The notes beneath the pieces were generated by a model, which had not been told where the DNA came from, did not search any database, and saw only the letters and a list, made by a program, of their open reading frames with translations. Both the position numbers and the translations under genes were made by a program. Below, in pieces: positions 1 through 10,224 of a stretch of 64,000 bases of DNA. Position 1 is the first letter of the stretch; each line of letters starts with the position of its first letter. Source of the stretch: Gemmatimonadota bacterium (GTDB lineage Bacteria > Gemmatimonadota > Gemmatimonadetes > Longimicrobiales > Gaopeijiaceae); the NCBI GenBank assembly GCA_034521595.1, contig JAXHMG010000003.1, positions 544,001-608,000 of the forward strand. Reading direction: 5' to 3'.

Positions 1-2
1 AT

Positions 3-3000
3 GCCGACTACGCCCAGGGGCAGTTCTTCTTCCTCTTCGACCCCGAGGGCTTGGAGCGCTTTCCGCATGTCGACGCCCTCTCGCTCGATCCGGCTTCCGC
101 TCCTCCCGACGTGGCACCCGGCGACCAGCCCATCCAACTGTACCGATACGAGGACGACGCGGTGTTCCAACAGCAGGTGGAAGGATTCATCCGGGCGGAC
201 GCGGTCGCCGGGACGGCTGCCGACACCGTGGTCGAGTCCGGTTGGTTCCGTCACATGCGGCCGGGCGTCGACTACTTCGTGCATCCGAGTGGACTTTGGG
301 TGGCGCTTCGCACGCCGCTCCGTTCCGAAGAGATGCTCGCCGTCAGCTACATCACCGCGGTCGGAGACACGGTCGGTGATTACAACCCCGAGCGCCTCCA
401 CAACCGGGGTGAGCGCCCCACGCTCCGACTCCTGAAGGCGAGCGGGGCCAACCACAGTCCCGGCCGTCCGACGTGGGACCTGGAGATGCATCAGGTCTAT
501 CGGGTGTCGGGGTCCCCGGACGTGGAGGAAGCGTCGGTGGATCTCGACATCTCGCTCGGCGAGCGCGCTCAGGGGCGGACCTTCAAGCGGCGGCCTTCCG
601 GGGAAAGCGTCACGTTTCTCCGCCTCTTTGGCCTCGACGAGGAATCTCCCCTGGACCGCATCGACGAGTCGTTCGTGTACGATCCGGGCGGTGGGCTGTT
701 CGGAGACGCCCAACCCGTGGAGGGGACTTTCATCGTCTTCCCGACCCTCCGTCCCTTCGCCGAGCCGCCTCCCGTTCCTTCGCTGGGGCTGTCCGCGACG
801 GAGAGCGCCGCGATCCTGGCGGACGACGCGAATCCGCGTATCTACGAGGACGAGGATCCGTTCGAGCGAGAGAACGCGGGGCGCTTTCGGCTGACCATCG
901 CATACCGTCTGCAGTCGACCGGCGTGATCTCCTCGTTCTCCCTCGGTGCCTTCGGGATACGGGAAGGAAGCGAGCGGATCACCCTCGGAGACCGGGTGCT
1001 GATGCGTGGCCTGGACTACGAGATCGACTACGACGTGGGCCAAGTGCGGCTTCTCGATGCCGACGCGCTCTTCGGCGCGGACCCGGATGCAGTCGTGCGC
1101 GCTTCGTGGGAGCAACGTTCGTTGTTCGAGGCGTCACCGACCCAGGTCTTCGGATTTCGAACCCATACGGATCTCGGGGACGCGGGTGGCTTCGACGTGC
1201 TCGGCCTCTACCGCTCCGAGCGCTCGGTCGTGCGCAGACCCGTGCTCGGGACCGAGCCCGAGGCAGCGCTGCTCGGGGGAGTGGCGACCCGTTATCAAGC
1301 GACGTTGGGATGGATGGACCGGCTCCTCGATGTCGTGCCGGGGTTGCGGCTCGAAGGTCAGACCTCGTTGGACATCGAGGGCGAGTTGGCCTTCTCGGCC
1401 CCGAATCCGAACACCGACGACCGGGCGTTCGTCGACGACTTCGACGCCGCGCAGGCGCTCCCCGTGTCGCTCGTCTCGTCCAATTGGCAGCTGGGGAGCG
1501 CTCCATCATTTCGCGACGCGGCGGAGGGGATTCTGCCCCCCGTGTTGGACGAAACCACGGCGGCGCCCCTGACTTGGCAGACCCAGTGGATCGTCGAGGG
1601 TCCGGGCGGCGACAGCCTGGGCATTCACGAAGGGTTCTTCGCCCGCGAGGACGTGGATCGGCAGATTCAGGTCGCGGGCGCCGAAGCGCGGGAGCCGGGG
1701 CTCCTGCTCCACCTGGGGAGGGCGCCGTCGGAGACGCCCCCGGCTTGGCGCTCGGTCACCACCACGCTGTCGCCACAAGGACTCGACCTGACCCGCACCG
1801 AGTTCCTGGAGGTGTACGTCGCGGCTGAAAGCGACGTGGACCTCGTGATCGACCTCGGCACGGTCAGCGAAGACGCGTTTTTCGTCGACGCCGCGGGGAA
1901 CACGTCCGGGACCCGAGCCGACGGACGCTCGTGGGGGCTGGGGGTGTTGGATCAGGAAGCGGATCCCGCGCGAGGCGAGCTCTGGAACGACGCGGCCGAC
2001 GCGCTGGGCGTGTGGAACGAGGAATGTGAAGGCGAGCCCGGCCGCGTGTACCGTATCGGGGACCCGCGCAGCGTTTGCACCCGAGGAAACGGACGCCCCG
2101 ATTCCGAGGATCTCGACCGGGACGGGATCCTGGATACTCAGGAGCGGCACCTGCGTTACGTGCTGACGCTGGATGGGGCGTCACCGTACCTGGCCCGCAC
2201 CACGGACGAGACGGGCACCGAGTTCGAGCTGTACCGGATCCCGATCGAAAGCGGCGACGCGACCGAAGTCGGCGGTGCCGTCGGCGATGCGGACCTCCGG
2301 TCCGTGCGGCATCTGCGGATCACGGCCACCGGTCCGGGAACCCGCGACGTTCGTCTCGCGCGCATGCGCCTGGTCGGGTCGCGGTGGATCAAGCGGGGCG
2401 GGGACGGGGTGTTCGCCGGCATCGGCGGCGATACGGTCGGGGTCGGGGGGCGCGTCGAGGTCTCTGCGGTCTCCGGGGTGACGCGCGGTGATGCGTACAC
2501 CTCTCCTCCGGGCGTGCTCGAGGAGCTCGTCGACCCGACTAGCGCGTTCGCCGGACAGGGCATCGAATTCAACGAAAAGTCCCTCGGCGTGGCCTTCGAC
2601 GACCTTGCTCCCGGGGCGCGGGCCGAGGTGTACCAGCGCTTTCCCCAACGCCCGCGCAATTTTCTCTCCTACCGCCAGGCACGGCTGTGGGTGGTCGCCC
2701 CCTCGGGCGACTTCGGGCCCGAACAGCCGCCATCCTTCTTCTTCAAAGTCGGCAGCGACCCCGACAACTATTACCTGTATCGGAGCCGGCTCCCGGGATC
2801 GGCCGCGGGGACGGGCGTGGACGCCTCCGATTGGTTGCCCGAGGTGCGCGTTCAGTTCGAAGCGTGGTTCGAGCTACGCCAGCGGGCCGAAGAGATCCTG
2901 CTCACCGAGCCGCGGGGGCCGGGAGATGCACCGGTGGTCGTGTGGTCCGCGGACTCGACGTACGCCGTCTCGCTCAACGACCGCGGCAGAGCTCCGAACC

Positions 3001-5159
3001 TCGCGGCCGTGCGCGAGGTATCGCTGGGTGTGTGGAATGAGGGTGATACGCCGCTGACCGGGGAGATCTGGGTCGATGAGCTGCGCTTGGGAGAGCCCGT
3101 GCGCGATCCCGGGTTGGCCGGCTCGGTGGACGTGACGCTCGACGGGGGAGGGGCATTGACGTCACGTCTCAGTGTGACCAATCGCGGCGCCAATTTCCGT
3201 CAGCTTCGCGAGGAGCCGTCGTACCAGACGGATCGTTCGGTCGAGCTGCGGTCCACGCTCGCCCTCGACCGATGGATGCCCAGCGATTGGGGCGTGGCCG
3301 TACCGGTCACCATGGAGATGGATCGCACCAGTCAGGCTCCGCGCTTCCTGCCGGGATCAGACTTGAGGGCCGGCCGCCTCGAAGGTTTGCGCGACACCGA
3401 GTCCCGACGGACCCGGTTGGGCGTGTCCTTCCGCCGTCGTACGCCCGCGGCCGACCCGTGGGTGGGCTTTTTCCTCGATGGCCTCGGAGCCCGTGCGGCG
3501 TACACGAGATCGAGAGGCTCGACCGTCACCTCGAGATACGCGTCGCGCGGGTTCGACGTCGGTGTCTCCTGGGTTCGAGAGCCCGAAGCACTGGAGTTGG
3601 ACGTGGTTCCCGGCTTCGCGGAGGATCTGGTCCGGGCGCTTCTCCCGAGCTTCCTCGAGGATCGGGTGATCGGCACGCCGTTGCGTCTCTCCCCCGAGCG
3701 TGTGTCCCTCGGGTCCTCCTATCTGAGACAGAAGGACCGCGTGTCCCGTTTCGAGCGGATCATCACGCTCGGGGAGGACTCGGACGCCGCTCCCAGCGTG
3801 ATCCCGCGAGAGCGCCTGGAGAGCGTCGCCGACGTGCGCCTCCGTCCCCTCCCGCCCCTTTCGGCCACGTTGACGCTGTCGACCGAGCGCGACCTCGTGG
3901 CTCCGGAGGACGCGGTCAGCGATCCACGGGTGCAACAGCTTCTGCGGCGCGAGCGCACTCGCTCGAGGGGCGTGGATCTGGGGTGGGAGACCGGTCGGAC
4001 GCTCCGCACGCGAATCGGCTTCACGCCGCGACTCGTCTCGTGGTTCCGGAACGACTTCGACTGGACCACGACGTACCGATCGGGCCGCAGCGCGAACTTG
4101 CTGTCGCGCAGCGTTGCGGGGGGCGACACCACTTTGGCCCTCGCGCGGGACGCGCGGGGGCAACGGGATTGGGGGCTCTCTCTGGCGCTGGAGCCCGACC
4201 GGCTCGCGAACGCGTGGCTCGGCGACCCCGATCCGAACGAACCGCAGGATCTCGCCCAGCTTCGGACGATGCTCGAGAGCCTGAGGCCGCTCACGGCCGA
4301 CTACCGCGACGGAGTGACGTCCAGGTTCAGTCGCGACCCCGTGGATCCCGGTTACGGCTATCAATTCGGTTGGGCGCAAGAGGCCGGCTTCAGAGTGATT
4401 CGCGGAGATACGGCCGCGATCTGGACGGATCGGCGAAGCTGGACGCTGGGGTCCGGGGTCGATCTTCCTCGCGGGTCGTCGCTGCAGGTCGGCTACTCCA
4501 CCGTAGAGGCCACTACGCTGGATGTGCGTAGCGACCGGGATCTGTGGCAAAGGACTTGGCCGGACGTTCGAGCTCGGCTGCCGTCCATCCCGTTCCCCTC
4601 GTTCACCGGCATCGAGTCGCTGACGCTCTCATCCGGGATCGAGCGTATCCTCCGCAGGACGGATTTCGGCAGCACATCGCTTCGTCGGCGGGTCGACGAC
4701 GATCTGCGCGTCCCGTTCGACTTGTCCGTGCAGTGGCGCGGCTCGCTCGTCACGGCTTATCAAGGCTCGGTCCGGCGTGGCCGGGCCACCGACGCCACGG
4801 GAGACACGGAACGGGAGGAGATGACGCACCGGATCTCGGTACGGAGTCGATGGGACGCCGCGGGCTTCCTCGCCGGGCGAATCGACCGGCCGATCGAGCT
4901 CGCCGTGCTGGCGGGGTACGTGGCCGAGCGTGATTGCCGGGTCACGCGGACCGGAGGGCCTTGCGTCGCCTTCGTGGACCAGATCCGTCGGACGCTCAGC
5001 GTCTCGCTGGACACGGGGGCCGGCGACTTCTCTCTCGGATTCCAGGTGAGCTTCGACGACCGACAGTCGTTCGTGGGGCAGCGAACCGGGTCCACGCAGC
5101 TGCAACTCGGCCTTTACGGACAACTCGAATTCTCGGCGGGGATGCTTCCGTCGCGGTGA
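3..5159 (+). CDS. sprA: SprA/Sov-like large outer-membrane protein (T9SS translocon family), 5'-partial
   Basis: The frame is open from base 3 (ADYAQGQFFFLF...), so the start lies upstream of the window; >1700 aa. SprA-like segments: LGAFGIREGSERITLGDRVLMRGLDYEIDYDVGQV, AFVDDFD, PDSEDLDRDGILD, GEIWVDELRL. The C-terminal half is rich in amphipathic beta strands. Confidence 0.8.
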   Translation, partial: ADYAQGQFFFLFDPEGLERFPHVDALSLDPASAPPDVAPGDQPIQLYRYEDDAVFQQQVEGFIRADAVAGTAADTVVESGWFRHMRPGVDYFVHPSGLWVALRTPLRSEEMLAVSYITAVGDTVGDYNPERLHNRGERPTLRLLKASGANHSPGRPTWDLEMHQVYRVSGSPDVEEASVDLDISLGERAQGRTFKRRPSGESVTFLRLFGLDEESPLDRIDESFVYDPGGGLFGDAQPVEGTFIVFPTLRPFAEPPPVPSLGLSATESAAILADDANPRIYEDEDPFERENAGRFRLTIAYRLQSTGVISSFSLGAFGIREGSERITLGDRVLMRGLDYEIDYDVGQVRLLDADALFGADPDAVVRASWEQRSLFEASPTQVFGFRTHTDLGDAGGFDVLGLYRSERSVVRRPVLGTEPEAALLGGVATRYQATLGWMDRLLDVVPGLRLEGQTSLDIEGELAFSAPNPNTDDRAFVDDFDAAQALPVSLVSSNWQLGSAPSFRDAAEGILPPVLDETTAAPLTWQTQWIVEGPGGDSLGIHEGFFAREDVDRQIQVAGAEAREPGLLLHLGRAPSETPPAWRSVTTTLSPQGLDLTRTEFLEVYVAAESDVDLVIDLGTVSEDAFFVDAAGNTSGTRADGRSWGLGVLDQEADPARGELWNDAADALGVWNEECEGEPGRVYRIGDPRSVCTRGNGRPDSEDLDRDGILDTQERHLRYVLTLDGASPYLARTTDETGTEFELYRIPIESGDATEVGGAVGDADLRSVRHLRITATGPGTRDVRLARMRLVGSRWIKRGGDGVFAGIGGDTVGVGGRVEVSAVSGVTRGDAYTSPPGVLEELVDPTSAFAGQGIEFNEKSLGVAFDDLAPGARAEVYQRFPQRPRNFLSYRQARLWVVAPSGDFGPEQPPSFFFKVGSDPDNYYLYRSRLPGSAAGTGVDASDWLPEVRVQFEAWFELRQRAEEILLTEPRGPGDAPVVVWSADSTYAVSLNDRGRAPNLAAVREVSLGVWNEGDTPLTGEIWVDELRLGEPVRDPGLAGSVDVTLDGGGALTSRLSVTNRGANFRQLREEPSYQTDRSVELRSTLALDRWMPSDWGVAVPVTMEMDRTSQAPRFLPGSDLRAGRLEGLRDTESRRTRLGVSFRRRTPAADPWVGFFLDGLGARAAYTRSRGSTVTSRYASRGFDVGVSWVREPEALELDVVPGFAEDLVRALLPSFLEDRVIGTPLRLSPERVSLGSSYLRQKDRVSRFERIITLGEDSDAAPSVIPRERLESVADVRLRPLPPLSATLTLSTERDLVAPEDAVSDPRVQQLLRRERTRSRGVDLGWETGRTLRTRIGFTPRLVSWFRNDFDWTTTYRSGRSANLLSRSVAGGDTTLALARDARGQRDWGLSLALEPDRLANAWLGDPDPNEPQDLAQLRTMLESLRPLTADYRDGVTSRFSRDPVDPGYGYQFGWAQEAGFRVIRGDTAAIWTDRRSWTLGSGVDLPRGSSLQVGYSTVEATTLDVRSDRDLWQRTWPDVRARLPSIPFPSFTGIESLTLSSGIERILRRTDFGSTSLRRRVDDDLRVPFDLSVQWRGSLVTAYQGSVRRGRATDATGDTEREEMTHRISVRSRWDAAGFLAGRIDRPIELAVLAGYVAERDCRVTRTGGPCVAFVDQIRRTLSVSLDTGAGDFSLGFQVSFDDRQSFVGQRTGSTQLQLGLYGQLEFSAGMLPSR

Positions 5160-5234
5160 CCGGACGCGAGTCGGTAGAGCACGACGACCCATCCCGGCAT
5201 GGGACCGCACCGCCCGCTCGGTCAGCGTCAGGAC

Positions 5235-5882
5235 ATGCACCAAACGGAGACGCGGGCCCTGAGACGGGCAGTGATCGCCCTCATGATCGTGAGCACGGGG
5301 CGGTGGGCATGGGCGCACGGGAACCGCCCCGAGCCCGTGGACGGTGGCGTGCGGGAGGCGTTGGTCGACGAGAGCAAGGAGATGGTCGACGAAGAGCGGG
5401 AGCGTGCGGAGCCGTTGGGGTCCGACGAGCGGATCGATCCGAACCGGGCCGACGAGATCCAACTCGACCGGTTGCCAGGAGTGGGGCCGGTCACGGCGCG
5501 CGCGATACTCGAGGCCCGGGACGCTGGCGCGGTCTTCCGGCGGACCGAAGACCTGACCACCGTGGCGGGAATCGGGCCGGCCACGATCGAAGAGCTCGAC
5601 GGGTTGCTCGATTTGGATGACCCACCCTCGCGCTCCAGGGCCAGGTTCGAGGCAACAATGCGGAACGACGCCCCCGGAGGCGCCGGGGTCGACGTTAACC
5701 GCGCCACGGCCGAGGAGTTGGAGACGTTGCCGGGAATCGGACCGGCACTGGCGCGGCGCATCCTCGACGAGCGGCGAAAACGAATGTTTAGCTCCGTGGC
5801 CGACTTGGAGCGGGTCCGGGGGATCGGTCCGGCCACGGTCGAGCGTTTGCGCGATGCCGCACGGGTGGGAGGGCGGTTGTGA
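5235..5882 (+). CDS. comEA: ComEA-family DNA-binding protein with two helix-hairpin-helix domains
   Basis: N-terminal hydrophobic segment, then two repeats of D(P/V)NRA..(Q/E)L..LPG(V/I)GP..A..I.....F...DL..V.GIGPAT.E. ATG at 5235 follows AGGAC. Confidence 0.9.
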   Translation: MHQTETRALRRAVIALMIVSTGRWAWAHGNRPEPVDGGVREALVDESKEMVDEERERAEPLGSDERIDPNRADEIQLDRLPGVGPVTARAILEARDAGAVFRRTEDLTTVAGIGPATIEELDGLLDLDDPPSRSRARFEATMRNDAPGGAGVDVNRATAEELETLPGIGPALARRILDERRKRMFSSVADLERVRGIGPATVERLRDAARVGGRL

Positions 5883-6000
5883 CGCCGTCCGCATGCCCGC
5901 CGCACGGGATGCTTGTAGAGGGTAGGGGGGCACCCGTAGTTTTAAAGTTCGTGTCGCGTGCCGTCGACTCCCGTTTCCAGTCCAAGGGGAACCCTCACTG

Positions 6001-7722
6001 ATGGCAGCCAAGGTCGCGCAGGAAGTCCGTCTCGGAGACCTTTTCGTCCGAGAGGGACTCATTACCGAGGAGCAGCTCAAGGAAGGGCTCGCCGAAGCGA
6101 AAGCGACCGGTCACCGTATCGGGTACGCGCTCGTGCACCTCGGATTCGTGGCCGAAGAAGAGCTCACCCGGATGCTGGCCAAGCAGTACCGGGTCCCTGC
6201 CGTCGACCTCGACAAGTTCAACGTCGACGCCAAGATCCTGAAGCTCATCCCGGCCGACGTGGCGCAGAAGCATCTCGTGCTCCCCCTCCGCCGGGTCGGA
6301 CGGACGCTGACCGTCGCGATGACGAATCCGACCGACTTCTCGGCGATCGACGACCTGAAGTTCATCACGAAGCTCGATATCGAGCCGGTGATCGTCGGGG
6401 AGTACACGCTGCGAAAGCACCTCGAGCACTACTACGGTGCGTTCGAAGAAGAGCAGATCAGCGAGCTGATCGAGGGCTGGGAAGAGTTCGACGAGGTCGA
6501 AGTCATCGAAGAGGAGGACGACGACGACTACTCCCAGTTGGCGGCGGAGATCGATTCGGCTCCAGTGGTCAAGTTCATCAACGGGCTGCTGACCGACGCC
6601 GTGCTCAAGGGGGTCTCCGACATCCACATCGAGCCGTACGAGAAGGAGCTTCGGGTTCGGTACCGGATCGACGGCGCGCTTCAGGAGGTCATGAAGCCGC
6701 CCATGAAGATGAAGGCGGCGCTGACGTCCCGCATCAAGATCCTCGCCGACCTCAACATCGCCGAGCGGAGGGTCCCCCAGGACGGACGCATCAAGCTCAA
6801 GCTGAAGAACAAGGTCGTCGACTTCCGAGTGTCGACGCTCCCGGTCATCTTCGGCGAGAAGATCGTCCTCCGGATCCTGGACAAAGGGAACCTGACGTTC
6901 GACCTGAAGACCTTCGGCTTCGAGCCGAAGGCCGAGAAGGACTTCATGTGGGCGATCTCGAGGCCGTACGGAATGGTGTTGGTCACCGGCCCGACGGGCT
7001 CCGGTAAAACGACGACGCTGTACTCGGCGCTCTCGCAGATCAACACCATCGACACGAATATCATGACGGCCGAGGATCCCGTGGAGTACAACATCCACGG
7101 AATCAACCAGGTCCTCGTGCGCACGGAGATCGGGCTCGATTTTCCGGCTGCCCTCAGGGCGTTCCTGCGTCAGGACCCGAACATCGTCATGGTGGGTGAG
7201 ATCCGCGATCTGTCGACCGGCGGGATCGCGATCAAGGCGGCGCTCACGGGCCACCTGGTGCTGTCGACGTTGCACACGAACGACTGCCCGGGAACGGTGA
7301 CCCGTCTGATGGACATGGGGCTCGAGCCCTTCAACGTTGCCTCGGCGCTGAACCTGGTCTCCGCGCAGCGGCTCGCGCGGCGCATTTGCAAGAGCTGCAA
7401 GGCGGAGACCACTTATCGAGAGGAGTACCTCGAAGCGGCCAAGATCCCTCGCGACTGGGCCGAGAGCATGACCTTCTACAAGGGTGAAGGATGTGACGAA
7501 TGCGGGGGCAGCGGCTATAAAGGACGCTGTGGCATCTACGAGGTCATGATCATCACGACCCCGCTGCGAAAGGCGATCATGTCCGAGGTGAGCACCGACG
7601 AGTTGAGGGATCTCGCACGTTCCGAGGGGATGCTCACGCTCAGGGAAGACGGCCTGAAGAAGGTCGAGCGTGGCTTCACGACGCTCGAGGAAGTGATCAA
7701 GGAAACGACGGTCGCCGACTGA
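6001..7722 (+). CDS. pilB: Type IV-A pilus assembly ATPase PilB
   Basis: MshEN-like N-terminus (RLGDLFV), SDIHIEP, Walker A GPTGSGKTT, AEDPVEY, LRQDPNIVMVGEIRD, and a Zn-binding CxxC...CxxC. Confidence 0.96.
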   Translation: MAAKVAQEVRLGDLFVREGLITEEQLKEGLAEAKATGHRIGYALVHLGFVAEEELTRMLAKQYRVPAVDLDKFNVDAKILKLIPADVAQKHLVLPLRRVGRTLTVAMTNPTDFSAIDDLKFITKLDIEPVIVGEYTLRKHLEHYYGAFEEEQISELIEGWEEFDEVEVIEEEDDDDYSQLAAEIDSAPVVKFINGLLTDAVLKGVSDIHIEPYEKELRVRYRIDGALQEVMKPPMKMKAALTSRIKILADLNIAERRVPQDGRIKLKLKNKVVDFRVSTLPVIFGEKIVLRILDKGNLTFDLKTFGFEPKAEKDFMWAISRPYGMVLVTGPTGSGKTTTLYSALSQINTIDTNIMTAEDPVEYNIHGINQVLVRTEIGLDFPAALRAFLRQDPNIVMVGEIRDLSTGGIAIKAALTGHLVLSTLHTNDCPGTVTRLMDMGLEPFNVASALNLVSAQRLARRICKSCKAETTYREEYLEAAKIPRDWAESMTFYKGEGCDECGGSGYKGRCGIYEVMIITTPLRKAIMSEVSTDELRDLARSEGMLTLREDGLKKVERGFTTLEEVIKETTVAD

Positions 7723-7770
7723 GGCCCGTCCCCAGGGCCCGATGTCTCACACGCTTCGCGAGGATCCGAC

Positions 7771-8895
7771 ATGAATCAGCCGGCTGCACCGGCCGACGCG
7801 CAGTCACGCCCCAAGCAGGAGCTCAACCTTCGTACCCTCCTCCAGGAGATGATCCAGAGGGGAGCATCGGATCTGCACGTCACGGTAGGGAGTCCACCGA
7901 AGCTCCGCGTCGACGGCGAGCTCGTGAACTCGGGGCACGGGCAGGTGCTCGCCCCCAAGGACACGATGGCGCTCGCGTACTCCATATTGACGGAGAACCA
8001 GAAGAAGCGGTTCGAGACCGACGACGAGCTCGACTTCTCCTTTGGCGTTCAGAACCTCTCGCGATTTCGTGGCAACGTGTACAAGCAGCGCGGCTGCGTG
8101 GCGATGGCCATCCGGCAGATTCCGTACGAGATCACCTCCCTCGAGAAGCTCGGCCTGCCACCGGCCATCCACAAGCTGACCGAACGGCCGCGCGGGCTGG
8201 TGCTCGTCACCGGGCCGACGGGATCGGGTAAGTCGACCACGCTCGCGGCGATGGTCGACAAGGTGAACAAGGAGCGGAACAGCCACATCATCACGGTCGA
8301 AGACCCGATCGAGTTCATCCACCGGCATCAGAACTGCACGATCAACCAGAGGGAGGTCGGAGCGGATACCCAGAGCTTCTCTGCGGCGCTCAAGTACGCG
8401 CTCCGTCAGGATCCGGACGTGATCCTCGTCGGGGAGATGCGGGACCTCGAAACCATCTCGGCCGCGCTCACGATCGCCGAGACCGGCCACCTCGTCTTCG
8501 CGACGCTGCACACGAACTCGGCCGCGGAGTCGATCAACCGCATCATCGACGCGTTCCCCTCACACCAACAGTCACAGGTGCGTGCCCAGCTCGCCTTCGT
8601 GCTCGAGGGGGTCGTCACGCAGACGCTCCTCCCGAAGGCCAAGGGCAAGGGGCGGGTTGCGGCGGTGGAGATCATGGTGTGCACCCCGGCCATCCGCGCG
8701 GTCATCCGTGACGAGAAGATCCACCAGATCTATTCGCTCATGCAGGCGGGGAAGAAGCACGGGATGCAGACCATGAACGACGCATTGCAGATGCTCTACA
8801 TCCAGGGCGAGATCACGCTCAACGAGGCTCTCAAGCGCTCCGGCGATCCCAACGAGCTCCTGCGTGCGGTGGGAGAGACCGCGCCGGGCGAGTAA
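7771..8895 (+). CDS. pilT: Twitching-motility retraction ATPase PilT
   Basis: ASDLH, GPTGSGKSTT, EDPIEF, ALRQDPD, AETGHLVFATLHTN, an AIRAVIRD (AIRNLIRE-like) motif and GMQTM. Confidence 0.96.
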   Translation: MNQPAAPADAQSRPKQELNLRTLLQEMIQRGASDLHVTVGSPPKLRVDGELVNSGHGQVLAPKDTMALAYSILTENQKKRFETDDELDFSFGVQNLSRFRGNVYKQRGCVAMAIRQIPYEITSLEKLGLPPAIHKLTERPRGLVLVTGPTGSGKSTTLAAMVDKVNKERNSHIITVEDPIEFIHRHQNCTINQREVGADTQSFSAALKYALRQDPDVILVGEMRDLETISAALTIAETGHLVFATLHTNSAAESINRIIDAFPSHQQSQVRAQLAFVLEGVVTQTLLPKAKGKGRVAAVEIMVCTPAIRAVIRDEKIHQIYSLMQAGKKHGMQTMNDALQMLYIQGEITLNEALKRSGDPNELLRAVGETAPGE

Positions 8896-8931
8896 CCTCT
8901 CGGACCCTCTTCCTTACAACAGGTAGTCACG

Positions 8932-10134
8932 ATGCCCGTCTTCAGCTACAGCGCCAGGCCCGCATCCGGCGGAGACATTCAAACCGGCGAGATCGAGCTC
9001 GAGAGCAAGGACGACGTCCTCGCGCATCTTCACCGTCAGAAGCTGATTCCGGTCACGGTCAGAGAAAAGCCGAAGGAGATCAGCTTCTCGTTCGGCACGG
9101 GGATCAAGACGCGGGATATCGTCATCTTCACGCGCCAGTTCGCCACTATGATCAACTCGGGGCTCCCGCTCGTACAGAGCCTCGACATCTTGGCCGAACA
9201 GACCGAGAATCCGGCGTTGCGCAAAACTATCGGCGAGGTGCTCTACGACGTGGAGTCCGGGAACACGCTGGCCGATGCGATGGGCAAACACCCGAGAGTG
9301 TTCACCGAGCTCTATGTGAACATGGTCGCGGCCGGTGAAGCGGGGGGTATCCTGGATACGATCCTGCTGCGTCTCGCGACTTTCCTCGAGAAGAACGATT
9401 CGCTGGTACGGAAGATCAAGGGCGCCATGATCTATCCGGCGGTCATCTTCTCCGTGGCCGGCGCGGCCGTGCTCATTCTGCTCATCTTCGTCATTCCGAC
9501 GTTCCAGCGGATGTTCGAATCCGCCGGCATCCCGCTACCGATCCCGACGCAGATCGTCATCGGGATGTCTCAGTTCCTCCAATCTTGGTGGTGGGCCGTC
9601 GGCGTGGGCGTCGTGGCCGCCATCGTGGGCACCCGGCAGTTCTACAAGACGGACGGGGGACACCTGCTCATCGACCGCCTGCTCCTGGCCATGCCCGTGC
9701 TCGGCGACTTGCAGCGTAAGGCAGCCGTGGCGCGCTTCACGCGGACGCTCGGGACCCTCGTATCTTCCGGAGTCTCCATCCTCGAAGGGCTCGAGATCAC
9801 GGCGAAGACGGCGGGCAACCGTGTGATTCACGACGCCGTCATGAACTCCCGCGCGTCGATCGCCGGGGGTGAGACGATCGCCGGTCCTCTCCGCGAGTCC
9901 GGAGTGTTCCCGCCCATGGTCGTGCAGATGATCAACGTGGGTGAGCAGACGGGCGGGCTCGACGAGATGCTCTCCAAGATCGCCGACTTCTATGACGAAG
10001 AAGTCGACGCGGCGGTCGACGCGCTACTTGCCGCGATGGAGCCGATCATGATCGTGGTGCTGGGCGTGGTCGTGGGTGGGATGATCGTGGCCATGTACCT
10101 GCCGATCTTCGACATGATCAACGCGGTGCAGTAG
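8932..10134 (+). CDS. pilC: Type IV pilus inner-membrane platform protein PilC (T2SS F family)
   Basis: FTRQFATMINSGLPL, AGEAGGILD, AMIYP, GEQTGGLDEML and EP...AMYLPIF. Confidence 0.95.
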   Translation: MPVFSYSARPASGGDIQTGEIELESKDDVLAHLHRQKLIPVTVREKPKEISFSFGTGIKTRDIVIFTRQFATMINSGLPLVQSLDILAEQTENPALRKTIGEVLYDVESGNTLADAMGKHPRVFTELYVNMVAAGEAGGILDTILLRLATFLEKNDSLVRKIKGAMIYPAVIFSVAGAAVLILLIFVIPTFQRMFESAGIPLPIPTQIVIGMSQFLQSWWWAVGVGVVAAIVGTRQFYKTDGGHLLIDRLLLAMPVLGDLQRKAAVARFTRTLGTLVSSGVSILEGLEITAKTAGNRVIHDAVMNSRASIAGGETIAGPLRESGVFPPMVVQMINVGEQTGGLDEMLSKIADFYDEEVDAAVDALLAAMEPIMIVVLGVVVGGMIVAMYLPIFDMINAVQ

Positions 10135-10224
10135 CTCGAGCGGCCCTGACTGGACGCCCGCAGTCGACCAATCGCGCATTCGGCTTCCAGGGCGTCGGGT
10201 TCCGTTCTAGCTTTCTCGCGTAGG

